DNA of 64,000 nucleotides from Schizochytrium sp. TIO01 (GCA_004764695.1 SMSO01000037.1:4254747-4318746); one strand, 5' to 3'; positions 8,870-19,628 are shown, counted from the stretch's first letter. Numbers and translations: made by a program. Notes: generated from the letters alone by a model not told the origin.

Positions 8870-11425
8870 CTAATTTGTGGGAGATTTGCCAGCAGTTTTT
8901 TCACAACGATATACGAACGCAGGAGGTAAATTTGCCCATACAATATTGGATCTCTCGACCTTTTCAAATGTCTCATCTAAAAGCGCTTTGAAATTCTGAC
9001 CAGCAGGGAGGACCAAACCTTGGAGGTATGCAAATGTGCAAAATCTCCCACCTGGGCGTAAGGCAGCGTAAACCTGAGAGAGAATTTTTTGTTGAAGCGA
9101 ACGCGGGAAAATGGCCCAGGGCAGACCGCTGATCACTGTATCTGCATGATCGATGCCACGCTCCTTCAGAACAGATACAATACGTTCGGCGGATTCGAGC
9201 AGGAAAGATTCCTGGTTCTCAGGAAACCGATCTTTCAACCGGTCGACAAATTCTTTGGAAAGCTCGAATGCCAGATAGGTGGTGTTTTCAGATTTCCCTA
9301 GATGCTTGATAATCGCTGCAGAGAATGGACCTGTGCCTGGCCCAAGCTCAACAACTACTGCGTTATCTCCAAGATACATCGTATCACACATTGCTTCAGC
9401 TAACTGCTCTGAACTTGGCGCAAGCGCTCCCGTCTCAACGGGATGTTTGACCCAGTTTGCCAAAAACAGGGCCGCTTCGCTTCGGCGAAATTCTACAACC
9501 TTGGTATGGATTGCACGACCAAGTGCTGATGAGTTAGTGCGCACTTGCTGTTTATATACGGCCCGCAGATGGGGTTTCTCAATGACATTGAGGAATGAAA
9601 TCATAATTCCATGGCCAAGAATGGCGACAGCCAATACTTCTGCTGAAGATGCGAGCATAGCAAGCCCATACATCCATAAGTGACCAAGGTAGGTGTCAGG
9701 ATTATTAAGATAGCGATACAAACCATCATACGTAAGCGCAGGTGGCGCACCTTGCTTAAGGCGCGCCGGGGGGAGAAAGAAGTCACCATAGAATGTACCA
9801 AAGTCGCCAAGGACCTGGTAGCATGCTTCATGAGACCACAGTGACACCAATAGCAGAATTGCACCAAAGAGGTACTGGCAGATGATTACAGGGTCGAGGA
9901 ATCGCTCTGGGAACTTGGTAAATCGAAGGGCACACATGATGAAACTGGATGTCTCTAAACCTTGGAATAAAAGATAAATTCGTTTCCAATTTTCAAATGC
10001 ATGGAGCCGCGAGCGGCCAGCAGCGAGGTAGTGTCGAGTCCACGTTTTATCTCGCTCCTGACGAACAAGAATATACCCTTTTGCCATGGCAGACAAAACA
10101 CGAACACCAATAGCAAGCAAAATTAAGGGCATTTCTCCTTCAAAAGGCCCTCCCGGGAAAGAGCCTACCCAAATAGTCGAGATAAAGAGCAAGATAGCTA
10201 AGGTGAGCAAAACGTCGGCGGCTCGGTAAACATCAAAATGCCGCAAGAGATAAATGTAGGAAACACCTACTGAGGTAACTTCATGGAGTAAACCCATACC
10301 TTCTTTAACAGCCTCTGTCTCGACATGAAAAATAGGCTGTTCGTTTCCATAGAGCTCATCTACATGGGGTGCTTCAACAAACACGAGGAAGATCATTTGG
10401 GAAAAGTGGAAACCCATAGCACACGCAAGGACGGGATAACTTCGGGAGAGGAGTGCACACCCATACGTCCATCCATAGCCAACAGTGTACATTGGATGCG
10501 GGAATAGACCAAAGACTCCGTTGTACGTGAGTTCGGTATTTCCAGTACGCATGAAAAAGAAATCAAACCAAAACCATGCCGGGTCGCCTGCATGGGTCAT
10601 GGCGGACATCTTGCTACCTAAACTGACCACAATAAGGAAGACACCAATCACATCGATGACAGGGTTAAGGATTGGCCAATCAAACTCAGACCGTCCAAGA
10701 CTTCCATACTGGATTGCCATGAGGGTAAACGCCACGACATCGTTGCTCTCAACCAGGATAACAAGGCTTCGGAATGCAACCCAAGCTGCGAATGAGGGTG
10801 GGAGACTGCTATCGTTGAGAACTTCTCGTTCTTCGGGCATGGTCTGTCGCAAAACCCAGCTCCAGAATGCGTTTTCTGTCGTGAATGGCATTCGCCGAAG
10901 CCTTTGAATCCACTCTGTGAGCAAGCGTTGCTTGCTTTGTTTGTGGAGAAGCCAGCCCAGACCGCAGTTGTAGCCGAGGCGCCACAGGATTGCAATAATT
11001 AATGTGATACCAGGGAGCTGAGGCCAGAAGAAAGCGCAAACAATGGACACGAGAATACCGGCATAGGCGACGAGGGTTGCAAAGGTATACCATTTGGTAA
11101 ATAAACTCTGGAAAAGGCTGTGCGTCTTTGGCACGTCAAAGACTCGTTGGCCGTCAAGAGTGATGCCGACATCTTGCTGCGAGGCAAACCGTTTTCGTGC
11201 TGCAATTCGCTTTGCACGAGGCATGCTGGACTCTTCGGAGCTGGACTCGATCGTGCTCAGTTGGTCTCGCCTCGCGAATTCACCCGATTTCTCTGTGAGA
11301 TGGCCGTCCGATTTCTCACAGTAGTCCGTATCTTCTTCTTGCGCAGAAAACTCTGCCATCGAGGATTCCCCAGTCGAGAAAAAGCTCCCTCCTGTGGTCC
11401 CCTCTCCGGCACCGCGCCGCCGCAT
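8870..11425 (-). CDS. Phosphatidylethanolamine N-methyltransferase, Cho2/PEM1-type with two PEMT modules, fused to a C-terminal PmtA/COG3963-type class I SAM phospholipid methyltransferase
   Basis: Cho2 motifs WRLGYNCGLGWLLHKQS, WFWFDFFF..TYNGVFGLFPHPMYTVGY, VEAPHVDELYG, FYGDFF..TYDGLYRYLNNP and IEKPHLRAVY. C-terminal ~200 aa: FLANWVKHPVETGALAPSSEQLAEAM, VVELGPGTG, VISGLPW, GGRFCTFAY, VWANLPPAFVYR. Confidence 0.9.
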   Translation of the reverse strand: MRRRGAGEGTTGGSFFSTGESSMAEFSAQEEDTDYCEKSDGHLTEKSGEFARRDQLSTIESSSEESSMPRAKRIAARKRFASQQDVGITLDGQRVFDVPKTHSLFQSLFTKWYTFATLVAYAGILVSIVCAFFWPQLPGITLIIAILWRLGYNCGLGWLLHKQSKQRLLTEWIQRLRRMPFTTENAFWSWVLRQTMPEEREVLNDSSLPPSFAAWVAFRSLVILVESNDVVAFTLMAIQYGSLGRSEFDWPILNPVIDVIGVFLIVVSLGSKMSAMTHAGDPAWFWFDFFFMRTGNTELTYNGVFGLFPHPMYTVGYGWTYGCALLSRSYPVLACAMGFHFSQMIFLVFVEAPHVDELYGNEQPIFHVETEAVKEGMGLLHEVTSVGVSYIYLLRHFDVYRAADVLLTLAILLFISTIWVGSFPGGPFEGEMPLILLAIGVRVLSAMAKGYILVRQERDKTWTRHYLAAGRSRLHAFENWKRIYLLFQGLETSSFIMCALRFTKFPERFLDPVIICQYLFGAILLLVSLWSHEACYQVLGDFGTFYGDFFLPPARLKQGAPPALTYDGLYRYLNNPDTYLGHLWMYGLAMLASSAEVLAVAILGHGIMISFLNVIEKPHLRAVYKQQVRTNSSALGRAIHTKVVEFRRSEAALFLANWVKHPVETGALAPSSEQLAEAMCDTMYLGDNAVVVELGPGTGPFSAAIIKHLGKSENTTYLAFELSKEFVDRLKDRFPENQESFLLESAERIVSVLKERGIDHADTVISGLPWAIFPRSLQQKILSQVYAALRPGGRFCTFAYLQGLVLPAGQNFKALLDETFEKVERSNIVWANLPPAFVYRCEKTAGKSPTN

Positions 11426-12914
11426 CTTTTTCAGGTCGTGTGGTGGTTGTTCTGCTCACGGGGATCTAGTTTATTGTGGTTTGTTATCTCTTCTCTGCGC
11501 TTAGTTGTGGTTGTTGTTGTGTTAATTGTTTCTGGTCGATACAGTACCGCTATTTTACTCTGGCACCCCCCTGGAGAAGAATATGACAACAACTGCGACG
11601 GATAACGAGGAAAGGGCTGGGCGCCTTCCCTCTTTGGTTTCTGCGTCTAGAAAGGCGAAAGAGAAGTAGGTACTACCTACCTGCCTGACCAAGTAAGTAC
11701 GTAGTTTGTGGAGCTTTTGCCTGGGCTTTACTTTCTAGGCGTGGTTGCACGAACCAAAGAAATACAAATAGCTAGATAGATAGATACCTGGCGTAGCTAG
11801 TGACAACTAGCTTACTAGTGAGCTAAATCAAAAGTTAGCGCTAACTTCTGTGCAAACTTTCAGTTTTTGGTGCTTTTACTTTGGCCAGCAGGGCACTATC
11901 GCCTGTGCACTTCAAGTTACTTACCTCGTCTGGCGTCAGCTTTTCAGCTGTTTGCCAAGTGGGTACCTATGGGGTGTAGTATCTATGTTGTGATGCTATG
12001 TTTTGCAATGCACTGGGAAGAGAAGGATATCCGGCTCGGAGTCCTCCCTCTTCTCTGTCCTTCCTTTTGCGGCGTTCTTTGTTTGCAAGCAAGTAAGCAA
12101 GCAAGAATAGGAAAAAGAGGAGAAGGAGAAGAACAACAACTTGAATAAGAAGAAACCCCTCCTGTCTCTCCCTTTCTTTCTACCTACCTCTAGAGAGGGG
12201 ATAGATAGTATGGGAGGGAGAGCACCTGTCTTTCCTTTCTTTCTTTATTCCTGAACTACTACGTAGTAGGCATCCATCCACGTGTTTGCAGCTCTGTGTT
12301 GTGCGTAAGCCTCTGTCTGTACGTGGATTTTCTTCAATGGCGGCGTGGTAAACGCAGGCTCTAAGAGTCTGTCTGGATGGTCTGTTCTACAATGTAGAGA
12401 TAGATCAATCTGGATTTGGATTTCTCCAGTTGGCACAAGCATTTTCCTGTTCCCTTGTGTTCGTAGTATTTAAGTTTTAATGTTTCTTATTTTGTTTTTC
12501 TATTTTCTTCGTCTTCACTCTAGAGTAGCTAGTGCCTACTTAGGTATCTAGGTAGTAGCTGGTATTATCTATTAATGCCACTACCACTAATAATCATGTT
12601 GTCAATGTCAATAGATCAAGCAGCAGGATGTGCGTGCATGTTAGTTCTCTGAGACACTCCGCCCGAACTGGTTATCCTTATAGACTTATGGCTTTGAGCA
12701 CCTAAGGCGGGAGTATCAGGAGTGAGTGAAGGTTGACATTTATTTCCCTCTCGAGCTTGGCCAAGTTTCAAGCCCTGCCTGACACTAGATAGGTACATGT
12801 TGTTCTTTCACCTTCCGGTAATGTTTTTATAACCCTGTCTAGTACCCCTTACTATCTACCTACCCTACTACCGTTGAATAGTCGAAGAGAATGAATGGGA
12901 ACAGGAAAGAGCCC

Positions 12915-12916
<2 letters not shown>

Positions 12917-12962
<46 letters not shown>

Positions 12963-12969
12963 AAGAGAG
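12917..12969. repeat. (AAAG)n/(AG)n microsatellite
   Basis: Direct reading. Confidence 0.85.
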
Positions 12970-13455
12970 AACGAGTCCTGGCCAGGGCCTTCTTTCCCAA
13001 GTCCTTCCTCACAAGGTTGCATTTCGAATTGGGCCCGGTTCTAGTTGGCAAGGAAGAACAGAAGCGAGAAAGCCAGGATCGGATGGGCTGCTATCCTCAA
13101 CAATGATCATGGGGTTTGCTTAAGGCCTGTATGAAAAAGAGCGTAAGCAAGGTAAGTCAAAACGAGGATGACTGTCATGCTTCAACTTGAGTTCACCGTA
13201 GTACTAAAAATAGGATTGAATGAGGAATAGCCTTTGACTATTACCACTACTAGGAAAAAAACATGGTATAACCTACTACTATGGTTTCTTAGCTTTCTTC
13301 TTTTGCTTTCTCGAAACTGGGGTAATAAAGAAAAAAAAAAAAAATATATATAGGCCAATCTATACTATCAATACATGTTCTTTACTATTGCATTTTTACT
13401 TCCAAAAATTAAATACCATGTATACAAAAGCAAAACCAAATTTAAAAAAGTAAGC

Positions 13456-13529
13456 AATCTCCGGCGGGACTTGAACCCACGATCTCCTGATTCGTAGTCA
13501 GGCACCTTATCCAACTTGGCCACGGAGAC
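13456..13529 (-). tRNA. tRNA-Arg (anticodon ACG)
   Basis: Minus strand GTCTCCG TG GCCA AGTTGGATA AGGT G CCTGA CTACGAA TCAGG AGATC GTGGG TTCAAGT CCCGC CGGAGAT T gives a full cloverleaf with A and B boxes. A T6 Pol III terminator follows (aaaaaa at 13444-13449 on +). Confidence 0.95.
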
Positions 13530-14102
13530 TCCATTTCATGTTGAAACCAAACGATTGCTTACATATTTATTTTACCTGATTAAGTATACTAGGTTGGGAG
13601 GAAGGTTGGTAGAGCTGTAAATGTAGAAGAATTCGATAGCTGCAGCCGAATTGGTAATCTTTCATTTCCATCGCAGACATCCGCCCTCAAATATATATTT
13701 ATGCAGTTGCAACTATCTTTAGCATTGGTTTGCAATGCTTGTATGTTTTATGGCTCTTATAATCTTACAAATATATTCATACCTCTCCTGGTGTCTCGCT
13801 TTTGAAAAAAAATATGTACAATGAAAGCTAGTGCAATGATACAGGAGTTTGTTTATTTGTTTTCGTCGAGTAAAAAGTTTGACGTTTCTCGCATCTAGGC
13901 AACACACTCTCAAGTTGCTTGATGTAATCGGAGTGAAAGACTACTATTATAGCTTGTTGCCATTTATTGGGCTTTTTATCTACTATGCATTAATCATACA
14001 ATTGCAACCGCCACGAAAGGATAAAAGAAGAGAGCGCAGAATAGAGAACACGACAGCCGCAAAAGCCGAAAGGCGAACGGCGAAAGGCGGAAGACAAGGG
14101 CA

Positions 14103-17100
14103 ATGGACAGTGGTGTTGATGTCCGAACTAGCCTGCGCAAGGTCGGCTGCGCGCTGGGAGCGGCTGAGAGAAGTGCCGAAAAGCGGTTCTACTCGCATCT
14201 ATTGACGACCAGAAGACAAACGCCACCTCGCAGGGACCAACCTAACTCAGCACACAAGCACCAAGAAGACCAAAGGGAACAGCAGGAGCCAACTCAGCAC
14301 CCCTCGCAAAACTATGAGCGGTTGAAACAAATAGATCAACAAACACAAAAGGAACAAAACCTGACACTGCACACGGAGCATTCACAGAATGTAGGGTCGC
14401 GTAAAATGGAGAACAACCTGTGCCCCGATGGCGAGGATAAACAGGCGCCCCGCGCTGATTTTGACATGCAGAGAAAAAAAATCCATGGAGTTCTCAGGGC
14501 ATTCGAAATAAACATGCGACGCCAAGATTATGAGCGTGCTGCAGATACTCTCGATGCGTGCGTCAGGTATTTAGAAAATACATATTCTCGTCAATCTGGA
14601 CATGATATATTAGTTCTACTCACATCGCTTGCTCGAGAACGGAAAAGTGATGAAGACAATACATGCTCAGAACCTTCTCTCTCGAATATCTCTGATCAGC
14701 TACTGGCAGCGAGCATGGCAGCAGCTGGCAGAAATAAGCTTGCCATAGCACATGACTTCACTCGAAGCCGCGCCCCCGAAGCTAAGGATACACTCCTTGC
14801 GCCCTACTGGCCAGCTCAATCAGTGTCAGGTACACTTCTTAGTACCACATTGGCACCAGCACCAAGTCGTCTCCTTGAAAATTCTGCTGAAGGTCCAGCA
14901 GCACCTCTACGAGTCAATGTACAGACAGTGCCAAAAGTACGCTCACGATTTCCCCCAGCGGTAGATGGCAAGGAAAACTGGGCAAACCCAGCCCTCTTAG
15001 GCCCAACATTGTTCTCTCAAGAAATTCAGAACAAAAATAAAATCACACATTCGATCTCGCCTGACTTTGCTGCTTTAGAACATGCAACCCATGAGTCGAA
15101 GGGAAATGGCTTTGCACATAACGAGGACCGGCAGGATAATCTGCTAGGAGCGCTTGTTTCCAAGGCTAAACTTCCCAAGTCCTTGGACATAATTTTGTCT
15201 TTGCCTCGCCTCGATACAGAATATGATGGGTTTGCACCTGACCCACTAGGCTCTAAGATTGCCGAATCTAGACAGCTCAGGGCTTTGGACGAGGTGCTTC
15301 GCTTTCATCACTCAAGCGAGCATACCTTGGCGCCGAAACAGATAAAACCACCAACATCAAGTAGGAGAGTAGATTCTGAAGACCTTTGTGAAGTTGAGTG
15401 GCTCGAAAAGTCTGATGATGTATGGCTTCGCGCCGTCAACTCCAAACCAGAGCAAGGCGTCCTTCTTGGTTGGGAGGAAGAAATACCAAGCAGCTTTATA
15501 GCGTCCCAGCCACAGTCAGACGCCGAGAAGGCTTTGCAATATAACTCGCACGCTGTTCTATCTTCAGAGCGTGGGGACAGGTGGTTTGAATACCTGATAC
15601 AGAAAAGTGGGTGTTTTGAGCAGACACGTGTAGTTCCTACTATCTCAGAAGTCTCGTTACGTCGAGATATAATGTATGCTCTTCTGGGAATACCAAGCAG
15701 CTCATTTGTTCTCTCTGCAGACCTTATGCTGCACCCTTGCGAATCAAGGCTCACAGCAACTACAAGCAGGAGCATTCGCTCTGTTCTTGAACGTATTGCA
15801 AAATACGGTAATCTTTACCTCTCACTCACAGGACTGTGCTACTCAAGTACGCTTTTAGCAGGTGTTGAGATTGCTGATGTCATTGCAGAGCGTATTGATG
15901 TTCATCTTTTGGCCCATCAGCGTCGGGTGGGAATGATTCTTCGAGATGAGGTGTTTGCACCTTCTGAATCGTCTCTGATTAACCTTACCTATCGCATTGA
16001 AGGGGAATTGGCGCCAACATTGCAACGCCTAGATTTTCTTTTCTCTAACGCAGCCCAACTTGAGGATACAATCTGCGTACTAGAGCACTTTTATGAATCC
16101 ACTTTGAACACAGGGTCTTCAATTCGCTCTGTAGAACGTGATATGCTATGGTCTTGCCTAGAGCGGGTCATCCATGTGCTCACTAGCTGGGCATTTAGTG
16201 GGTCTGATGCGCTCGAGCACTTTGAAGGAAGCTTTTTTCATCACACAGGTGAGAACAGTGACGGAAGCTTGACACATGAACAGCTTCTTAAAGCTATCGC
16301 AGACTTTTCTTTGCCTTACGCGCTACGAGTGCCCCGATTTTTCAAGTCATCACTACGTGGAGTTTACTCTGTTGAAGTAGCGCACAGGGCGGCTTTATGT
16401 GGGTCCTTACTCCGGTTGCTTCGTGATATGCCTGATTGTGCACCGTTTTTTGCGCTTTGCACTCGTAAACAAGACCAGGCCAAATTTCAGGCCAGTGCAT
16501 TGCGTGCTGGGCGCGAGTATGGTACTGTTGTTTTGCAAGAAACTATGATGGCTGCAAGTTCGCGTAAGCGTCACCTAATAGCTGAGATGGAGCAACTCTG
16601 TAGCCTGAAGGAGGCCGAGCGCTTAGCATATGAGAAGCAGCAGCAGCTCGATGCGTGGAACACATTGGAAGCATCACGCGCAGCAGCAGAAGCTGTCAAC
16701 GCTCGTTTTGTTGCACAAAGTTTAGAAGAGCAGGAGCGTTTGGATGCTCAACGCAAAGCACGACTTGAAGAATTTCGAGTTGCTGCAGAAGAAGCCCGCG
16801 CTGCAAAAGTTCGAGCTCGACTCGAACGTCAACGGCTTGAGCGATTAGAACAACCAGTGGACATCACTTCTACCATTACTGAAGACCAACGGCGAGAGGC
16901 AGAGGAATACTTGCTTGAGCAATACCGTCAACTTGAGCAGGAGCAACTTGCTAAGGGCGTTGAGCTTGACGCAAGAATTCTCCAAGCAAAGCAAGAGCTT
17001 GACACAAACCTTCTAGCTTTACAGCAACGACCGATTGGTCAGCTGAGTACATCGATTGCAATTCAACAGCCACCTGGAGGTAGCTCAAGTGCTGACGCTA

Positions 17101-19628
17101 TTATTTATTCCAACAACTCTACAACCAGCTACCTTAGCCGCCCAAGCATTCGCATAGTCGGATCTCCTTCTTATGAGTCTCAAACATTAGGCAACGACAT
17201 AGCAGCCCCGAGCTCGGTACGTATAGTTGGGCCTTCTTCGGGTGGAGATGGCCACGATATGCGTGCTGCTCTGGGGCACGAAGGTTTTGCAGATAGCCCA
17301 AATCAATCGCAGCAGCGTTCGTCTGTGCGCATCGTTGAGGATTCAAAACATAACATGCGATCAGAAGACGTAGGAGACGAGCAGCAAAAGCCATCAATTC
17401 GGGTTCTGCCTAACTCCGGTGGTGGTGAAGGATCAGATGCAAGGAACGCAATAATTGGCATGTCTACTGAAGGAGTTTCGTTTCAAACACCTAGTGGCAC
17501 TCTCCAGACTATTGAAGCCGTCGAGGAACCATTCGCCGATGCAGCTGCAAAGCCATCAGAGGCGCGTGTAGCCTGTCTGATGGACGCAAGTACCCAACCA
17601 GACTCGGTTTTACAAGAGGAATCAGAGTTTAATACCAACGCCATGAGCAAGAATAGCGTCTTCTCAGGGTCTTCGCTTGCTGTCGACAAGACCGAGACTG
17701 CAAGAAGCTCTGGCCCAAGTCCGGAGACAATGCTTGAGTTTGCTACGGATTACCAAGAGTCACCAACGGTAAATGCAGAGTCTGGAGCTGAGTCATTGAA
17801 ACTATCAGTGGATCCTATCGACTTATGTAGGAATCGACATAGCCACGAGGCAAAGGGTATTGAGTGTACTCTTCCCGAGGATGTTGATGATCCAGAAGTG
17901 TCTCTGTCTACCGCATGTATTTATTCAGAATCTGAAGACAATCACTCACTTTCCTTTCACAGACCTGCGCTGCATGCTCGCATCCAGCAAGAGCCAGGTG
18001 GTACAAGTTCTCTACATCTCGGATCATCAGATGAGATTGGATCGCAGGAAATTCAGAGACATAGTGTTCGAGTGACACAAGCTCCGGGAGGTGCTCAATC
18101 AAGTACCAATGCTGTGCCTGAGCGTCTTCACGTACGCGTACAGCAAGAGCCAGGAGGTTCGAGCTCACTGAATGCAGGGCAGTGGAAAAATGAAGCTGCG
18201 AATTCCCCCAGGCACAAACCTAAATCGTCTGTAAAGATTCAACAGAGCCCCGGAGGTGCTTCTACGTTTGCGTTTGATGCTGGTCCAGAACGTGATCGTT
18301 CCTCCGTTCATGTGACTCAGCCAGCAGGTGGGCGCAGCACAATTGCAAACCTTTTAGAAGCTAGAGGAAACTCTTTGCCGCTCAAAGGTACTGAAGCTCG
18401 ACTCATGGGTATCGAAGCTGTACATCGTATAAGGGAAGCCATGATCAAAGCTACGCCGCTCCGCTATGGAGATGCAATGTCTTCTGATCTACAAGAATGC
18501 AGACAGGCGCCAGGAGGTGTAGCAAGCAAGACGATTTCAGATTCACTGGAAGATCTGGGCTGTGATGATTCTTCTTGTGGGGCACTCGATGCTGCAATTG
18601 AGCTGGCACTTGTTGAACCTCTCTTGCAACAATGTGATTTGGTTGAATCTGCATTTATAGCTGTAGTTGTGCGCCAGTCTAATCTGCTTGAAGCTTTGAG
18701 TGGGATTCGTAGCTCCATCCTCATGGCTCAAGGGGAGCTTTTCAATGGAGTAGTTGAGCGTCTGCATGATATGCGGCTTCGGCAGGTTGACTTTTCTGCG
18801 GGAAAAGGTCGGGTTCTGCAAGAAGTCCTAGATTCTGAGCTTGATTCGCTTGACCTTTGGTCTCGAAATTTCGCCCCTCATTTCAAATACAAAACCAGCC
18901 TTACTGGGGATGGGAAACTCCCTGTTGAAGGAGACTTCTCAGATTTCGAATTTATTGAAGCAGACTATGAGCTTGCATGGCCTCTCTCATTTATTGTGCG
19001 GAAATCTGACAGTGCGGCTTACCCTCGGATTCACCGTTTCCTACTTCGGCTAAAGTATGCTGGGGCACTTGTTCGACAGGTTTGGAAACGCCTTTGCGAA
19101 ACCAAGGGCTATCGGCGTCTATCAATATTCACTTGGCTATCTATCCGCTGGCAACAAGTTCGCAATCTGTTGTCCAATTTGGAAGACTACCTGATGACAC
19201 AGCTGTTATCCGAGCATTGGACAGCTATGGAACGTTCCTATCGCGCACCGTGCTCATCATTTAAGCATCCAAATGAACTTCAAGATGTGCACCATAGGTT
19301 TATCTCATCTGCATTACGAACCTGCTTCCTAGATGATTCCGCGGTTTCCAAGGTCCTTTATGAATGCATAAGTCGAACAATGCAGCGAACAGACACGCTC
19401 GCAAAATACAGTCTTAAACTGCTTGATCAGATTACAGATACACCGGGTAGTGCGTCTATGCATTGGGAAGTACCAAAGGAGCTACATGCGGCATGGAATG
19501 AATTTCAAAAGACACAAACTTTTTTATTGAGAACAGTTCAATCATACTCACGAAACGCCATTTCTCCCGATAGCGCTGCTCAGCGAATTCTCATGCATCT
19601 GAACTTTAACAACTTTTTCCTTGCCTGA
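14103..19628 (+). CDS. TUBGCP6: Gamma-tubulin complex component, GCP6-like (GRIP1, long coiled-coil/repeat insertion, GRIP2)
   Basis: SEVSLRRDIMYALLGIPSSSF (GRIP1 start); LLMAQGE-like ILMAQGELF, DYELAWPLSFIV...YPRIHRFLLRLK, LQDVHHRFISSALRTCFL and terminal LNFNNFF (GRIP2). The 1841-aa length and big central insertion point to GCP6. Confidence 0.85.
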   Translation: MDSGVDVRTSLRKVGCALGAAERSAEKRFYSHLLTTRRQTPPRRDQPNSAHKHQEDQREQQEPTQHPSQNYERLKQIDQQTQKEQNLTLHTEHSQNVGSRKMENNLCPDGEDKQAPRADFDMQRKKIHGVLRAFEINMRRQDYERAADTLDACVRYLENTYSRQSGHDILVLLTSLARERKSDEDNTCSEPSLSNISDQLLAASMAAAGRNKLAIAHDFTRSRAPEAKDTLLAPYWPAQSVSGTLLSTTLAPAPSRLLENSAEGPAAPLRVNVQTVPKVRSRFPPAVDGKENWANPALLGPTLFSQEIQNKNKITHSISPDFAALEHATHESKGNGFAHNEDRQDNLLGALVSKAKLPKSLDIILSLPRLDTEYDGFAPDPLGSKIAESRQLRALDEVLRFHHSSEHTLAPKQIKPPTSSRRVDSEDLCEVEWLEKSDDVWLRAVNSKPEQGVLLGWEEEIPSSFIASQPQSDAEKALQYNSHAVLSSERGDRWFEYLIQKSGCFEQTRVVPTISEVSLRRDIMYALLGIPSSSFVLSADLMLHPCESRLTATTSRSIRSVLERIAKYGNLYLSLTGLCYSSTLLAGVEIADVIAERIDVHLLAHQRRVGMILRDEVFAPSESSLINLTYRIEGELAPTLQRLDFLFSNAAQLEDTICVLEHFYESTLNTGSSIRSVERDMLWSCLERVIHVLTSWAFSGSDALEHFEGSFFHHTGENSDGSLTHEQLLKAIADFSLPYALRVPRFFKSSLRGVYSVEVAHRAALCGSLLRLLRDMPDCAPFFALCTRKQDQAKFQASALRAGREYGTVVLQETMMAASSRKRHLIAEMEQLCSLKEAERLAYEKQQQLDAWNTLEASRAAAEAVNARFVAQSLEEQERLDAQRKARLEEFRVAAEEARAAKVRARLERQRLERLEQPVDITSTITEDQRREAEEYLLEQYRQLEQEQLAKGVELDARILQAKQELDTNLLALQQRPIGQLSTSIAIQQPPGGSSSADAIIYSNNSTTSYLSRPSIRIVGSPSYESQTLGNDIAAPSSVRIVGPSSGGDGHDMRAALGHEGFADSPNQSQQRSSVRIVEDSKHNMRSEDVGDEQQKPSIRVLPNSGGGEGSDARNAIIGMSTEGVSFQTPSGTLQTIEAVEEPFADAAAKPSEARVACLMDASTQPDSVLQEESEFNTNAMSKNSVFSGSSLAVDKTETARSSGPSPETMLEFATDYQESPTVNAESGAESLKLSVDPIDLCRNRHSHEAKGIECTLPEDVDDPEVSLSTACIYSESEDNHSLSFHRPALHARIQQEPGGTSSLHLGSSDEIGSQEIQRHSVRVTQAPGGAQSSTNAVPERLHVRVQQEPGGSSSLNAGQWKNEAANSPRHKPKSSVKIQQSPGGASTFAFDAGPERDRSSVHVTQPAGGRSTIANLLEARGNSLPLKGTEARLMGIEAVHRIREAMIKATPLRYGDAMSSDLQECRQAPGGVASKTISDSLEDLGCDDSSCGALDAAIELALVEPLLQQCDLVESAFIAVVVRQSNLLEALSGIRSSILMAQGELFNGVVERLHDMRLRQVDFSAGKGRVLQEVLDSELDSLDLWSRNFAPHFKYKTSLTGDGKLPVEGDFSDFEFIEADYELAWPLSFIVRKSDSAAYPRIHRFLLRLKYAGALVRQVWKRLCETKGYRRLSIFTWLSIRWQQVRNLLSNLEDYLMTQLLSEHWTAMERSYRAPCSSFKHPNELQDVHHRFISSALRTCFLDDSAVSKVLYECISRTMQRTDTLAKYSLKLLDQITDTPGSASMHWEVPKELHAAWNEFQKTQTFLLRTVQSYSRNAISPDSAAQRILMHLNFNNFFLA

